Below the pieces are notes generated by a model, which had not been told where the DNA came from, did no database searches, and saw nothing but the letters and a program-made list of their open reading frames with translations. Below are positions 18,531 through 28,870 of a DNA stretch of 64,000 nucleotides, one piece after another. How positions within the stretch are numbered: position 1 is the stretch's first letter; the number at the start of each line of letters is the position of its first letter. Both the position numbers and the translations under genes were made by a program. The stretch covers positions 166,446 through 230,445 of IMG/VR virus record IMGVR_UViG_3300044974_001280; one strand, written 5' to 3'.

Positions 18531-18842
18531 ATGTACGATTCCCACCCGCCGTTCAAAGAAGCACTTCAGTTCAAAGATAAAGACAGATTTTGGGAACTCT
18601 TCCGTGAAAAGATTACCGAAGCTGTAGAACAAAGGTATAATTTCGCAGTTCTTTTTACGATGGGTCAAGATTTCAACACGGATGGTCCCAGCTATTCCGT
18701 AATCATTGAGAAAAAAGACTATGAAAAATTCCTTGTCAACTGCCAACTCTGGAACGAAAGGACTGAAAATTACGAGGCGTGTGGGCAAATAAAAAAAACT
18801 TTACAACTTCTAAAAAAATGGAAAACTCAGGATTTAGACTAA
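18531..18842 (+). CDS. Small protein with a UVR-like motif
   Basis: C-terminal ENYEACGQIKK. Confidence 0.6.
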   Translation: MYDSHPPFKEALQFKDKDRFWELFREKITEAVEQRYNFAVLFTMGQDFNTDGPSYSVIIEKKDYEKFLVNCQLWNERTENYEACGQIKKTLQLLKKWKTQDLD

Positions 18843-19042
18843 TCAGTTCACACTACTTGAACGATATGAGAATAGAAAAGGGTGACATCTTAAGAGAGAA
18901 ATCTTCCCAAAAAACTGTCAAGGTATTGAATGTACTTAAAAATAATGAAGGGAAAGTGGAGTTACTGGTGGAATATAATGCTCCAGGCTCTTTTGGAGTG
19001 CCCTTTCAAAAATCGCCGGATAGCTTTCAATTTCTGACCTAA
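18818..19042 (+). CDS. Hypothetical protein
   Basis: Co-directional ORF, ATG at 18818. Confidence 0.55.
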   Translation: MENSGFRLISSHYLNDMRIEKGDILREKSSQKTVKVLNVLKNNEGKVELLVEYNAPGSFGVPFQKSPDSFQFLT

Positions 19043-19137
19043 AAAATTCTGGCAAGAAAGATTGCTGTAAATTGTCTTTTGCACTTTAAACTCAGAAAAT
19101 TCATTCTGGTCAAAACATATATACTTCTGAATCAGAA

Positions 19138-19380
19138 ATGAAAAATCATCAGAATATAGACCGATTGAATAGGGCTTTAGAAGTCTATAGTGACATCGTA
19201 AAATTTGGCGAGAAAAGTCTTGCCTTTTCCCAGCGGGAAGAATGTATTAAAGTTTTAGAAGATTTCGAGGAATATGAAAAATGTATGGATCTTCATCAGA
19301 TCCACCCAGTAGAGCGCACCCAGTCTAAACTGAAAAAAAATGATTCAGAATTTGAAAACCGAACCGAGGATAGAGCGTAA
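19138..19380 (+). CDS. Small protein with a UVR-like motif
   Basis: LEDFEEYEKCMDL. Confidence 0.6.
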   Translation: MKNHQNIDRLNRALEVYSDIVKFGEKSLAFSQREECIKVLEDFEEYEKCMDLHQIHPVERTQSKLKKNDSEFENRTEDRA

Positions 19381-19612
19381 GGTGTACGAAAAAGCCTTAT
19401 CTAGAATGGAAAAAATGGGCAGCAGCGCCATTAACCATCCTCATCTTCTCGAAAAGAGAGAAGACATTAAAGCTAGTTTGTTGAGATACTATGAGTCGAC
19501 AGAGGAGTATGAAAAATGTCAGTACATCACAAACTTTTTCGCCAAGCTGGAGAAAGATATTCTACTCAGTCAAATTTTAACCTTGACCAAAGAATCAAAA
19601 ACCGAGAAATAA
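19340..19612 (+). CDS. Small protein with a UVR-like motif
   Basis: YYESTEEYEKCQYI. Confidence 0.6.
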   Translation: MIQNLKTEPRIERKVYEKALSRMEKMGSSAINHPHLLEKREDIKASLLRYYESTEEYEKCQYITNFFAKLEKDILLSQILTLTKESKTEK

Positions 19613-19666
19613 TTAGCCGGGATAGAAACAGTTTTAAGATTTACACTACAGTAAAAAAATTTATTC

Positions 19667-21202
19667 ATGAGTCAAATTTCACTCAAGGACCTAGCCGAAA
19701 AATTCTCAGAGGAAATCTGGTCTTTACACGGTCAAGGTTTTTCTCATACTGAGATAGCCAAAAAATTGGTTTCCGAAAAATTTCTAAATCTGGGCACTTC
19801 GGCCATTGATTCTTTTAGAAGAGCAATCTCTGCCAAGCTGTCAGAAGAATTACCGGAAGATGTTCTAAGACAATCGATCGAGGAAAAATTCAGGCAGGAG
19901 GAAATTCCTCCTTCTATGGAATTAGAAATCGACAAAGAGGAGGAAAAAATAGCCCGGTCTGCCTACAAAAAATACAAGCACAACACCAACTACTACTATG
20001 ATGAGGCAAAAGATCTCTATATAGTGTACATCAAGAACAAAGCCTATCGATTTACCGGCACCATCATTAGGGACATGAAATCCCGTTATTCTTCTCTGAC
20101 CGGCAGTGCAGAAACCATCAACGAAATCTGTCGGAATTTCGAAATACCTAGAAACATATTTACCGCCCTTAAATCTATTCTGGGCTGGACCCACGACTCC
20201 GAACCCTATACCGACGAAGAAATGTTCGTCCGAGACGAGGAAGAGATGGTTTCAGATGCTCTACAAAAAAGAAAATTTTCATTCTTCCAGAAATACACCC
20301 GGCAAGAGGAAAAAATGATCAAAGAGGCAGCCTCAAATTGGTGGGCTTTTAAGGGTCTGGTTATCAATCCTTTGGCCGAAAAATTATCCCAGGTTTTTGC
20401 CCAGTACGAGGTTCCTAAATTGACCCTGCCTCCCGGAGAACCTCATTCCCTCGTTATTTCTCCCTTTGATCTGCACTACGGGAAATATGCCTGGTCAGGA
20501 GAGGTGAGGGATGAATACAACCGTCAAATGGCCCGGGATTTATTACTCGGAAAAACTGCCTCCATCTTGTCCGATGTTGTTAAGTATCAGATTGAGAAAA
20601 TTATTATTCCTGTAGGATCCGATTTTTTTCATGTTGATACCCTCGGTGGAACCACGACCAAAGGCACACCTCAGGACTGCGATGGTACTTTTATCCAGAT
20701 CATGGTGGAGGGCCAGCAACTGATGGTAGAATTCATCGATATCCTGAGAGGGGTGGCTCCCGTTGAGATTTTATTAACTGCGGGCAATCACGACTTCAAA
20801 CTTTCTCATGTTCTTTTGGAGTATTTGGGAGCCTATTATAGGAGCTGTGAAGATGTAGAGGTGATTAAATGTCATAAATTCCGTCAGTACTACGAATACG
20901 GTGAAAATCTCATGGGATTCACGCACGGTGACGGAACCAAACTTTCAGAGCTTCCTTACCTTATGGCCAGAGAAGCTCCTGATTTTTGGTCCAGAACCAA
21001 ACACAGATTCTTCTTTACTGGACACCTGCATCATGAGATGGTGAAGGACTTCAATGGGGTGAAGGTTTATCAAATGCCGAGTCTGTCTGGTTCTGATAGA
21101 TGGCATCACCAACACGGGTTTGAAGGATCCAATAGAGCTCTTCAAGCCTATCTGATTCATCCCTCCGAAGGCATGAAAATAACTTTTGTTGCCTCAGTTT
21201 AA
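19667..21202 (+). CDS. Calcineurin-like metallophosphoesterase with an N-terminal HTH-like region
   Basis: DLHYGK, GSDFFH, GNHD, THGD, GHLHH. Confidence 0.85.
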   Translation: MSQISLKDLAEKFSEEIWSLHGQGFSHTEIAKKLVSEKFLNLGTSAIDSFRRAISAKLSEELPEDVLRQSIEEKFRQEEIPPSMELEIDKEEEKIARSAYKKYKHNTNYYYDEAKDLYIVYIKNKAYRFTGTIIRDMKSRYSSLTGSAETINEICRNFEIPRNIFTALKSILGWTHDSEPYTDEEMFVRDEEEMVSDALQKRKFSFFQKYTRQEEKMIKEAASNWWAFKGLVINPLAEKLSQVFAQYEVPKLTLPPGEPHSLVISPFDLHYGKYAWSGEVRDEYNRQMARDLLLGKTASILSDVVKYQIEKIIIPVGSDFFHVDTLGGTTTKGTPQDCDGTFIQIMVEGQQLMVEFIDILRGVAPVEILLTAGNHDFKLSHVLLEYLGAYYRSCEDVEVIKCHKFRQYYEYGENLMGFTHGDGTKLSELPYLMAREAPDFWSRTKHRFFFTGHLHHEMVKDFNGVKVYQMPSLSGSDRWHHQHGFEGSNRALQAYLIHPSEGMKITFVASV

Positions 21203-21216
21203 AAAAAAATAAACAA

Positions 21217-21618
21217 GTGGAAGAAACTGGAATTTATCATCTGGATCTGATCAGTACCTGTCAGGTCAACCCCGAATCTTTGGCGAGGTTCTTACAAAAA
21301 TTGAAAAAATTAGACATTCCCCCTGAGATGAAAGAAGCTGTTTCCGAGTCCTCTGTTATTGGTAAGTCTGGTAAATTGGAGATCTACATTGATGAAGGTG
21401 AAATCGAGATGTCCAATGCAGAGGAGTTTTTTGAGTGTGTCACAAAGGTGGAAAAAGAACTGTGCGAATTTGCAGACCATTCTAAAATCATTTGGACTTA
21501 CAATTTTCCATTCTATTCCAAAGGATGGAAAAAAAATAAATACGAATGGGAAATTCAATTTGAGGAGAAAGACGATTTCTACGAGGACATGGATCTGAAC
21601 ATTTGGACCGAGGATTAG
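21217..21618 (+). CDS. Hypothetical protein
   Basis: GTG start, co-directional. Confidence 0.6.
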   Translation: MEETGIYHLDLISTCQVNPESLARFLQKLKKLDIPPEMKEAVSESSVIGKSGKLEIYIDEGEIEMSNAEEFFECVTKVEKELCEFADHSKIIWTYNFPFYSKGWKKNKYEWEIQFEEKDDFYEDMDLNIWTED

Positions 21619-21668
21619 GCATGGACAATCCTCTTTCTTCAGGACCCTCCAAAGGGTATTTCAGAATC

Positions 21669-22406
21669 ATGTCCAATAAAAACAGGTTATCGGATCTACA
21701 AAAAATTCAAAACTCCCGTCTAAGTTCCCAAGAATTCAAGAAAAATCCCTGTCAATTCCCAACTTCAGTTTATGTGATCAACCTTGACAGAAGAGAGGAT
21801 AGATGGGAGAATTTCATGAAATTGAATCAGAACTCTTTGGCCAATTTTCAGATCACCAGATTTTCTGCCCTAGAAAAAAAATCCCCAGTAGATGGAATTT
21901 TTGCCTCCTTCTCAACTTGTCTGACTGAGCATCTAAAGGATGAAGAAACCATTATTATTATGGAAGATGATTCGTATCTCGTTGCAGGAGCTATGGATAA
22001 AATTCGTTTAGCTTTTGAAGACCTGCCTGAGGATTGGGATTGTCTTATCGGGAACCACTATTTTATAGGCAGGATCGAGATCTTAACAGACCATCTAGCA
22101 AAACCATTGGGCACAGCCTCGACCCTGAATTTTGGGATATTCAGAAGAACCATTGTTGACAAGATAGAAGCGAATATCGAGAAGAGGGACACAGTTGTTG
22201 GTATAAAAGATTTTGACCATTTCGTTACATCACCTGAAACAAATATTCACAATTACACCATTTGGCCCATGGTAACCCGGGAATTTCTGTCAATGTCGGA
22301 TCATCACCAGAAAGTTAGAAACATGGAAGCAAGAATTAGAGAAAATGCATTTCTTTACCAGTTCATTGATAGCGATACGTACTACCCCAGTCTAGAAAAC
22401 TGGTAG
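21669..22406 (+). CDS. Glycosyltransferase family 25-like
   Basis: VYVINLDRREDRW, IIMEDD, LPEDWD. Confidence 0.8.
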   Translation: MSNKNRLSDLQKIQNSRLSSQEFKKNPCQFPTSVYVINLDRREDRWENFMKLNQNSLANFQITRFSALEKKSPVDGIFASFSTCLTEHLKDEETIIIMEDDSYLVAGAMDKIRLAFEDLPEDWDCLIGNHYFIGRIEILTDHLAKPLGTASTLNFGIFRRTIVDKIEANIEKRDTVVGIKDFDHFVTSPETNIHNYTIWPMVTREFLSMSDHHQKVRNMEARIRENAFLYQFIDSDTYYPSLENW

Positions 22407-22510
22407 TCTACATGAAAAGTGTGCACTATCTTGTGGATATATAGACCGACCCCCTCGTTATACATTAAAACAAGGGCTTTCAACAGAAATCTCAAAGTTA
22501 GAACAAAAGA

Positions 22511-23428
22511 ATGAAAAAAATGAAATATCTCAAATCTTTTAGGGACTTGTATGAAAATACACCAAAATCGAACTCAGAGAGGGGGAAGGAATCTTTTGAC
22601 AAATGGATGGATTCCGAAATTAGAAGCTCTTTTGGATCCACCATCACTTCCGATTCGGGATTAGTTTCAGCTTCTAAAGCTTCTGATACTGAATCTCCTG
22701 TATCGGGAGAATTAATTCTGCCCAGTGCCCCTGCTAATCAAAAGCAGGCAATGCAAGAGCTCGTAGAAGCTCTCAATAAACACGGTCTCACAAACCCTTA
22801 CGTCCAAAGAGCGGTCTTGGGAGTTGTGAATAAAGAAAGCGGGTTCAACCCCAGCGTTGCTGAAATTTCTTATAGAAACACACCGGCTAGTAGGATTAGA
22901 GATGTTTTCGGACGGAGGGTCAAGGATCTAACAGATGCTCAGATTGAAGAATTAAGAAAGGATGATGCTAAATTCTGGGATAGAGTATACGGCGTAGATT
23001 GTCCAACTAGTACGGGTAAGGATCTAGGCAACGATCAGCCAGGTGACGGCTGGAAATATCGAGGTAGAGGATACAACGGGCTCACAGGGAAAGCAAACTA
23101 CCGAGTATACACAGACTTACTCAAAAAAGCTGGAACTAATGTTGATCTAGTAGCTAATCCTGAAACTTTAGAAAAGAATTCAAAAATTGCCGCCGAAGTA
23201 GCAGCCCTCTTCTTTAAGATCACTTTGAACAACCCAACTATCAAGGAGAAGTATTCCAACTCCAACGAGAACGATTTTCAAGATTTAAAAACTGCAGTTA
23301 GAGCAGTTAACAATGCCAATGCGGGTCCAGGAAATAATGTAGATGCCGGAATTATCGGAGAGGGTACCAGAAAAGCTCTAGATTTTGCCCAAAACATTGA
23401 GGTCAAAGACTTATCTACTACCGCCTAA
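22511..23428 (+). CDS. GH19-like lysozyme/chitinase, possibly virion-associated
   Basis: KESGF, LGNDQPGDGWKYRGRGYNGLTGKANY, DLVANPE; N-terminal MKYLKSFRDLYE. Confidence 0.85.
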   Translation: MKKMKYLKSFRDLYENTPKSNSERGKESFDKWMDSEIRSSFGSTITSDSGLVSASKASDTESPVSGELILPSAPANQKQAMQELVEALNKHGLTNPYVQRAVLGVVNKESGFNPSVAEISYRNTPASRIRDVFGRRVKDLTDAQIEELRKDDAKFWDRVYGVDCPTSTGKDLGNDQPGDGWKYRGRGYNGLTGKANYRVYTDLLKKAGTNVDLVANPETLEKNSKIAAEVAALFFKITLNNPTIKEKYSNSNENDFQDLKTAVRAVNNANAGPGNNVDAGIIGEGTRKALDFAQNIEVKDLSTTA

Positions 23429-23467
23429 TTTTTTTATTCGAAGTATCAACTATTGGAGGAATTTTTC

Positions 23468-23475
23468 TATATTTG
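23468..23475 (+). promoter_or_regulatory. Bacteroidota-type -7 promoter element TATATTTG
   Basis: Same element at 25229, 26399, 32440, 39667 and 62023; TATATTTA variants at 31510, 34552 and 48674; all just upstream of ORFs. Confidence 0.7.
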
Positions 23476-23495
23476 GGGTCTAAACCAAATTCTCC

Positions 23496-23921
23496 ATGCA
23501 ACTAATTACTCACAACTTCAGACGTAGAATGCAAAAATTGTCTATCTATTTGCTCAGGCGTCTAGACTCCACCAGCGACCGCAAAGAATCACCTTTGCCC
23601 CACGAGGCGCAGTGTGTCATGCTGTGTAAAAAGCTGGCTAAAATGTCAGACTCTATTCTCTTAATGACACCTTTGACCGACAAAAGATTTTTAAAAAACG
23701 AGAGGTTAAAGATTTATGTTATTATGGACTCCAACCAGGTCCAAATTATAGACAATATCCACAGCTACTCCGTTACCCTTCGGGAAAGAGCTTGGCAGAG
23801 ATTAATTCATTCTTATAATTTGGAAATTGAAGAAAGAAGGCATTCTCTAGAGGCTGACATCACCGCTAATATCCGTTATTCACTTAAAAATCTCCTTGAT
23901 GAAATCACCCAAAAACACTAA
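23496..23921 (+). CDS. Hypothetical phage protein
   Basis: Co-directional ORF after a promoter. Confidence 0.7.
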   Translation: MQLITHNFRRRMQKLSIYLLRRLDSTSDRKESPLPHEAQCVMLCKKLAKMSDSILLMTPLTDKRFLKNERLKIYVIMDSNQVQIIDNIHSYSVTLRERAWQRLIHSYNLEIEERRHSLEADITANIRYSLKNLLDEITQKH

Positions 23922-24216
23922 AAATCACAATTTTACCCTTTTTCTAAGCCTGGGTTTTTTGCTTTTCTTTATTTTTTGTTTCTTCAGCATTTATTTTATT
24001 TATAAAGTTGCCACCTCTGATTTTTTTAGATCCAGCTCCACACAGGATATAGAAGGAACAGTAATTCATGAAATAAAAAAGGAAGAACCCCCTATAAAAA
24101 CAACAGATACTATTTACATTACCAAATTGGTGACTGAAAAATGTGGAAAAATACATTGTCAGCACATGGACACAACAATAGAGAAAAGCTCAATCCAGGA
24201 TTCACTAAAACCATAA
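23899..24216 (+). CDS. Membrane-anchored protein
   Basis: N-terminal TM helix; DTI/DTT/DSL motifs. Confidence 0.65.
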   Translation: MKSPKNTKNHNFTLFLSLGFLLFFIFCFFSIYFIYKVATSDFFRSSSTQDIEGTVIHEIKKEEPPIKTTDTIYITKLVTEKCGKIHCQHMDTTIEKSSIQDSLKP

Positions 24217-24220
24217 ACTC

Positions 24221-24340
24221 ATGAAACTAAAACACAAAAAATTTTATTTGCTCCTCCTTTCTTCAGTAATTTCTTTCGTAACCTCCACGATTTTATTGAT
24301 AGGACTTGGAATTATCCTTTATGATTTGTTAACCAAATAG
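24221..24340 (+). CDS. Small membrane peptide (39 aa)
   Basis: MKLKHKKFYLLLLSSVISFVTSTILLIGLGIILYDLLTK fills the gap. Confidence 0.55.
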   Translation: MKLKHKKFYLLLLSSVISFVTSTILLIGLGIILYDLLTK

Positions 24341-24341
24341 T

Positions 24342-24998
24342 ATGAAAAAAAGTAAATTTGGTCCTTTTAAGGACAATCGCCCATTTAGTGCAAAAGCTAA
24401 AGACTTTGGACAATCTCTCCTATTTTGGAAGGGTAGAAAGAAAGGTATAGTACATACTCGTGATTTGGAGTGGGATGATATTCGTTATATTTTCTTTCCT
24501 AAAGATTTTTCTGAAAAGTATGGGTATTTAGGTTCTGTACCTGATTACAATAACTGTAATAAAGCTATGGTCCCATTAGTTTTGGCTATGGACTATGAAG
24601 CAAAACCTTGGTGGTGTCCTCGTTGGTTTCTTAGATTTCTCGATGTGTTTGGTAACGATAAATCTATTGTAAGGGTTCGTAATAGGGCACTACATAATTT
24701 ACATAGAAAACTAACCAAAGGAATTACATTTGTAGATTATAAAACAAAGTGGGAATGGTATGATTTAAGAATCTCAGTTGCTGCACCTCAATACATTCAG
24801 GACCTTGCTGATTCCATTGAAGATTATTACTATCGAAAAGGTTACAAAAAAGATTTAACCGAACAAATCAAAAAAATTGAACCGGATTTCAATAAGTGGA
24901 TGAGTAATGAGGATTTGGCAAAATATCTAGAAATTCATAAGATGAATAAAATAAAAAGAATTAATGACCAAATTAATGGAAGCACTGAACATTCCTGA
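24342..24998 (+). CDS. Hypothetical protein
   Basis: 218 aa ORF. Confidence 0.75.
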   Translation: MKKSKFGPFKDNRPFSAKAKDFGQSLLFWKGRKKGIVHTRDLEWDDIRYIFFPKDFSEKYGYLGSVPDYNNCNKAMVPLVLAMDYEAKPWWCPRWFLRFLDVFGNDKSIVRVRNRALHNLHRKLTKGITFVDYKTKWEWYDLRISVAAPQYIQDLADSIEDYYYRKGYKKDLTEQIKKIEPDFNKWMSNEDLAKYLEIHKMNKIKRINDQINGSTEHS

Positions 24999-25191
24999 GT
25001 TAGTTCCCGTGGGATTGGTTTCAAATTTCTTTGACGGCCAGTTGTTAGAGAAATGCGGGGAATCTCTTCAAATCCAATCGGTTTCTGGCCGGGATGTGGT
25101 TCTTGTGTCTGATTTGGAAAAAGTTTTGCCTTCTGAATATTTTCTGTCTTTTGTGGAGAAGATTCAGAGGGAAACTTTTTTTAATGGATAG
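24964..25191 (+). CDS. Hypothetical protein
   Basis: Co-directional ORF. Confidence 0.55.
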   Translation: MTKLMEALNIPELVPVGLVSNFFDGQLLEKCGESLQIQSVSGRDVVLVSDLEKVLPSEYFLSFVEKIQRETFFNG

Positions 25192-25240
25192 GTTCGATTT
25201 TTTGTGAATTAATTTTAGAATTTATTCTTATATTTGGGGA

Positions 25241-26317
25241 ATGAGAAACGTACTAGAAGATTATAAGGAAAGGGGCCTGCTCCACTCCCAGTCCCATCCT
25301 CGCTTTCCGCTGACAATTTGGAACTACAGCGAAAAGGTTCAATACGATGGATTATGGGACGATGTGACCCTTATGTGTAGAGGTCTTATTACCGATGATG
25401 TTACCGGCGGGATCCTTGTTAAACCCTTTCCAAAGTTTTTCAACTACGAAGAAATTGTGAACAAAGGACAAATTCCAACCCAAGGAGACTGTGTGTATGT
25501 GCAGGAAAAGGCGGATGGCTCTTTAGGCATACTGTTTTACTACGAGGGTGAATGGATTATGGCTACCCGGGGTTCTTTTACCTCAGACCAGGCAATAAAG
25601 GGATTAGAGATGGTTCAATCCAAATACAAGTTGGATAGTTGGATAAAAGAATACGCGTACTTGGTTGAGATCATCTACCCGGAAAATCGTATCGTTGTAA
25701 ATTACGGGGAAGAAAAAGTCATATTTTTATCTGCGGTCCCCAATAATTTTTACAAACAAACCAACGAAGAAGAATTACATTGGTCTATGGCCTGTGATGT
25801 CTTTAAGTTCAACGGTGTCTCTGATAAAGACATCACCCAAACAAAGCAGCATTTTAACTTTTCCGATCAGTTATACCGTAGTTTGAAGGCACAGAACGAT
25901 GTTAACAAGGAGGGTTTCGTTCTTAGATTTCAACCTGGTAACTTTCGGATGAAAATTAAATTTGAGGAGTATCTCAGGTTGCACAGAATAATGACAAATG
26001 TTACTTCCACTTCGATCTGGGAGGTCTTGTCTACCGGAGGTGACATGTCAGCCATCCTTGTCGACACCCCCGATGAGTTTTATGGAAAGGTGACAGGATA
26101 TGCCAACGAGCTGATAAGTCAATACCAGGAGGTAGAGAAGGAGTATTTGGCTATCTTCGACACCCTCAAGAGCATAAAAGATTTCAAGTGGAGAGCTAGT
26201 TTTGCCGAAGAAGCAAAAAAATACAAAAATCCTTCCCTTTTATTTAAAATGTACGATCGTAAGGAATACTCCTCATTAATTTGGAAAATAATAAAACCCC
26301 AATTTTATAAAATTTAA
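25241..26317 (+). CDS. rnlA: T4 Rnl1-family RNA ligase
   Basis: CRGL, PFPKFFN, motif I EKADGSL, ATRGSF, EIIYPENRIVV, EGFV, KIKFEEY. Confidence 0.92.
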   Translation: MRNVLEDYKERGLLHSQSHPRFPLTIWNYSEKVQYDGLWDDVTLMCRGLITDDVTGGILVKPFPKFFNYEEIVNKGQIPTQGDCVYVQEKADGSLGILFYYEGEWIMATRGSFTSDQAIKGLEMVQSKYKLDSWIKEYAYLVEIIYPENRIVVNYGEEKVIFLSAVPNNFYKQTNEEELHWSMACDVFKFNGVSDKDITQTKQHFNFSDQLYRSLKAQNDVNKEGFVLRFQPGNFRMKIKFEEYLRLHRIMTNVTSTSIWEVLSTGGDMSAILVDTPDEFYGKVTGYANELISQYQEVEKEYLAIFDTLKSIKDFKWRASFAEEAKKYKNPSLLFKMYDRKEYSSLIWKIIKPQFYKI

Positions 26318-26413
26318 TGAAAGTTATACTCTTAGATATTCAAAATAGTTGAGGTTGGTAATTTTTCTAAAAAATTTTGTTTTTAGTTACAAAATGTATA
26401 TATTTGCACCATT

Positions 26414-27130
26414 ATGATTTATTTACAAAAAGACAGCAACCGAGAGTTACCACATCACTTTGATGTTTCTTGTGCTATGTATGGTGCTATGGATACTGGA
26501 CAGGACTTTAGACTTATTACTTATGATGATTTAATTTCCGGCAAGTTTAATAAATTAGTAACATCTAACAATTTATTTGTTGGTTCTGTTGAGTTCATGA
26601 GAGTTGTGTTTCAAATCGCTGGTGTTGAAGATCCTAGACTACCTATGAATTCCGATAGAAAACACAGCATACAAACCTTAGGGGAAATTAAGAGATTAGC
26701 ACAACTAGGTCAAAAGTTTTTCATAAAACCATTTGACATAAAATTATTCACTGGTTTTGTGATTGATCAAATGCAGAACACATCAATTTCTAATGTTCCT
26801 GAAGAAACACGAGTTATGGTTTATGATGTTTTTGATCAACCAATTGAGAGTGAATGGAGATGCTATATCAACGATCACCGCATTGAATATCTAGCAAACT
26901 ACTCTGGTAATCTTTATGTTTCGATTGATAGTTCGTATTTAGAAAAAATAATCCAAAACAATAGAAATACTTTTCCATCGGCCTACACAATTGATATAGG
27001 TGTTTTGAGTGGGGGTCAGAACGTAGTTATTGAATACAATGATATGTGGGCTATCGGAAATTACGGACTATCCAATGATGTATATGTTAGAATGTTAAGA
27101 AAAAGATTTAAAGAATTACTTACAAAATAA
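26414..27130 (+). CDS. ATP-grasp protein (R2K/DUF4343-like)
   Basis: VGSVEF, FIKP..KLFTG, SEWRCYI, YTIDIG, IEYND.WAIGNYG. Confidence 0.8.
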   Translation: MIYLQKDSNRELPHHFDVSCAMYGAMDTGQDFRLITYDDLISGKFNKLVTSNNLFVGSVEFMRVVFQIAGVEDPRLPMNSDRKHSIQTLGEIKRLAQLGQKFFIKPFDIKLFTGFVIDQMQNTSISNVPEETRVMVYDVFDQPIESEWRCYINDHRIEYLANYSGNLYVSIDSSYLEKIIQNNRNTFPSAYTIDIGVLSGGQNVVIEYNDMWAIGNYGLSNDVYVRMLRKRFKELLTK

Positions 27131-27139
27131 ACCTTTGAT

Positions 27140-27787
27140 ATGAAAGTTATATTTTTAGATATTGATGGAGTTATGAACTCCCATATTTTTTACGAGAACC
27201 GACACAAAAAAAGGTGGTTGAAACCCAGGACTTACTACTACCTAATCAGAAAGTTTTTAGGTATTAAATCAAAACCTGTGAGTTTAGCAAATTACAAAAC
27301 ACCCGATAGCCATTACACTTATGAATACCAACTTAAAAGGTTGATTGAAGAGACTTGCCCCCAAAAATGGCAGTGGCTTTCTGATTTTTGTAATAGGACT
27401 GGAACTAAAATTTGTATTTCATCTGTTTGGAAACGCCATTTTGGAACGGAGAAAAACGTAATTCCCCAGTGGTGGGAACGCGCATTGGTTCATTTTGGAT
27501 TTAATGAGGGAACTTTTGTTGGTATCACAGGAGGTGGGTTTGGTATGAGAGGAGAAGAAATAAAGGAATGGCTAGATAAAAGACCTGAAGTTGAGGATTA
27601 TGCAATTTTAGATGATGACTCAGATATGCTTCCAGAACAAATGGATAAATTTTATCATTGCGATGGTTACTTTGGATTATCACCTAATCATTTGTATCGT
27701 ATTGGTAGAGCATTTGATGGTAAAACAAACTATGGAAAATTGAATAGAACTTTACAAAATATAAACTATGAAAAACATTTTAATTAA
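27140..27787 (+). CDS. HAD phosphatase (Swiss-army-knife RNA-repair HAD-like)
   Basis: IFLDIDGVMN, ISSVW, RGEEIKEWL, YAILDDDSDM. Confidence 0.85.
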   Translation: MKVIFLDIDGVMNSHIFYENRHKKRWLKPRTYYYLIRKFLGIKSKPVSLANYKTPDSHYTYEYQLKRLIEETCPQKWQWLSDFCNRTGTKICISSVWKRHFGTEKNVIPQWWERALVHFGFNEGTFVGITGGGFGMRGEEIKEWLDKRPEVEDYAILDDDSDMLPEQMDKFYHCDGYFGLSPNHLYRIGRAFDGKTNYGKLNRTLQNINYEKHFN

Positions 27788-27974
27788 AACATTCTCCTGC
27801 ATCCTACTTGGATTAGCATTTTCAGAACTAATGAAGTTTAGTTTCTCGTTAATGAATATGCCATCTACCATTGCTTTTTTCTTCGGAGTAATAACCTTAT
27901 TTATTGGTATTTATTTTTTATTTTTAACCTTACAATTCATTTTTAAACCAAAAACCACAACAAAACAAAACTAA
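27768..27974 (+). CDS. Two-TM membrane protein
   Basis: Two hydrophobic segments. Confidence 0.65.
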   Translation: MKNILIKTFSCILLGLAFSELMKFSFSLMNMPSTIAFFFGVITLFIGIYFLFLTLQFIFKPKTTTKQN

Positions 27975-27988
27975 AAAAACAAAAAACT

Positions 27989-28849
27989 ATGGAAAACCCT
28001 TTTAAAATTGTATCAGTAGCATTGCTAGCATTAGGATTAATCATTTTCAGTCTATCAAGTTGTGAACGCATTGATGCGGGTCACGTTGGTGTTAAAGTAA
28101 ATCTCTATGGAGATGGTAAAGGTGTAGATGATATTACTGAGGTAACTGGTTGGGTATTTTACAATCCATTTACCACAAAAATCATTGAGTTCCCAACATT
28201 TGTTCAGCACAAAGAATATAAAAACAATGGCGAAGATAATCCCGATGAATCATTTGTGGTAAACTCAAAAGATGGTTCAGAATTTCACGTTTCACCATTA
28301 TTAAACTATTCAGTTAAACGAGAACGAGTACCCTATATTTTTAGTAAATACCGAGTTACATTGGATGAGATTGAATCAGGTTTCTTAAAAACTGCGGTAT
28401 ATGATGCGTTTCGTGTGGTTGCTAACTCATATACTGCCGATGAACTTATTTCAAATCGTGAACAATTTGAAGTGAAAGTTAGAAAGGTATTAGAATCACA
28501 CTTACTACCTGAAGGATTCATGTTGGCTCAATTTACATCAAATCTTGTATATCCTGAAACATTTAAGAAAGCCATTGAAGCTAAAAATAACGCAGTTCAA
28601 TCCGCACTTACAGCCGAAAATAGGGTAAAGCAAGCTGAAGCTGAAGCCAAAATCAAAATCGCACAAGCTGAAGGTAATGCTCAAGCAATGCTAACATCAG
28701 CCAAAGCTGAAGCAGAAGCTAACAGGATGAAACAACAAACCTTAACACCATTACTATTACAACTTGAGTATATCAATAAATGGAATGGAGTTTTACCCAC
28801 TACTCAATTGGGTAGTGGAACTAATATGATGTATAATTTAGGAAAATAA
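27989..28849 (+). CDS. SPFH/band-7 domain protein
   Basis: RIDAGHVGVKV, AIEAK..A, AEAEA repeats, KWNGVLP. Confidence 0.92.
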   Translation: MENPFKIVSVALLALGLIIFSLSSCERIDAGHVGVKVNLYGDGKGVDDITEVTGWVFYNPFTTKIIEFPTFVQHKEYKNNGEDNPDESFVVNSKDGSEFHVSPLLNYSVKRERVPYIFSKYRVTLDEIESGFLKTAVYDAFRVVANSYTADELISNREQFEVKVRKVLESHLLPEGFMLAQFTSNLVYPETFKKAIEAKNNAVQSALTAENRVKQAEAEAKIKIAQAEGNAQAMLTSAKAEAEANRMKQQTLTPLLLQLEYINKWNGVLPTTQLGSGTNMMYNLGK

Positions 28850-28870
28850 TTATGAAAAAAGGATTTACTA

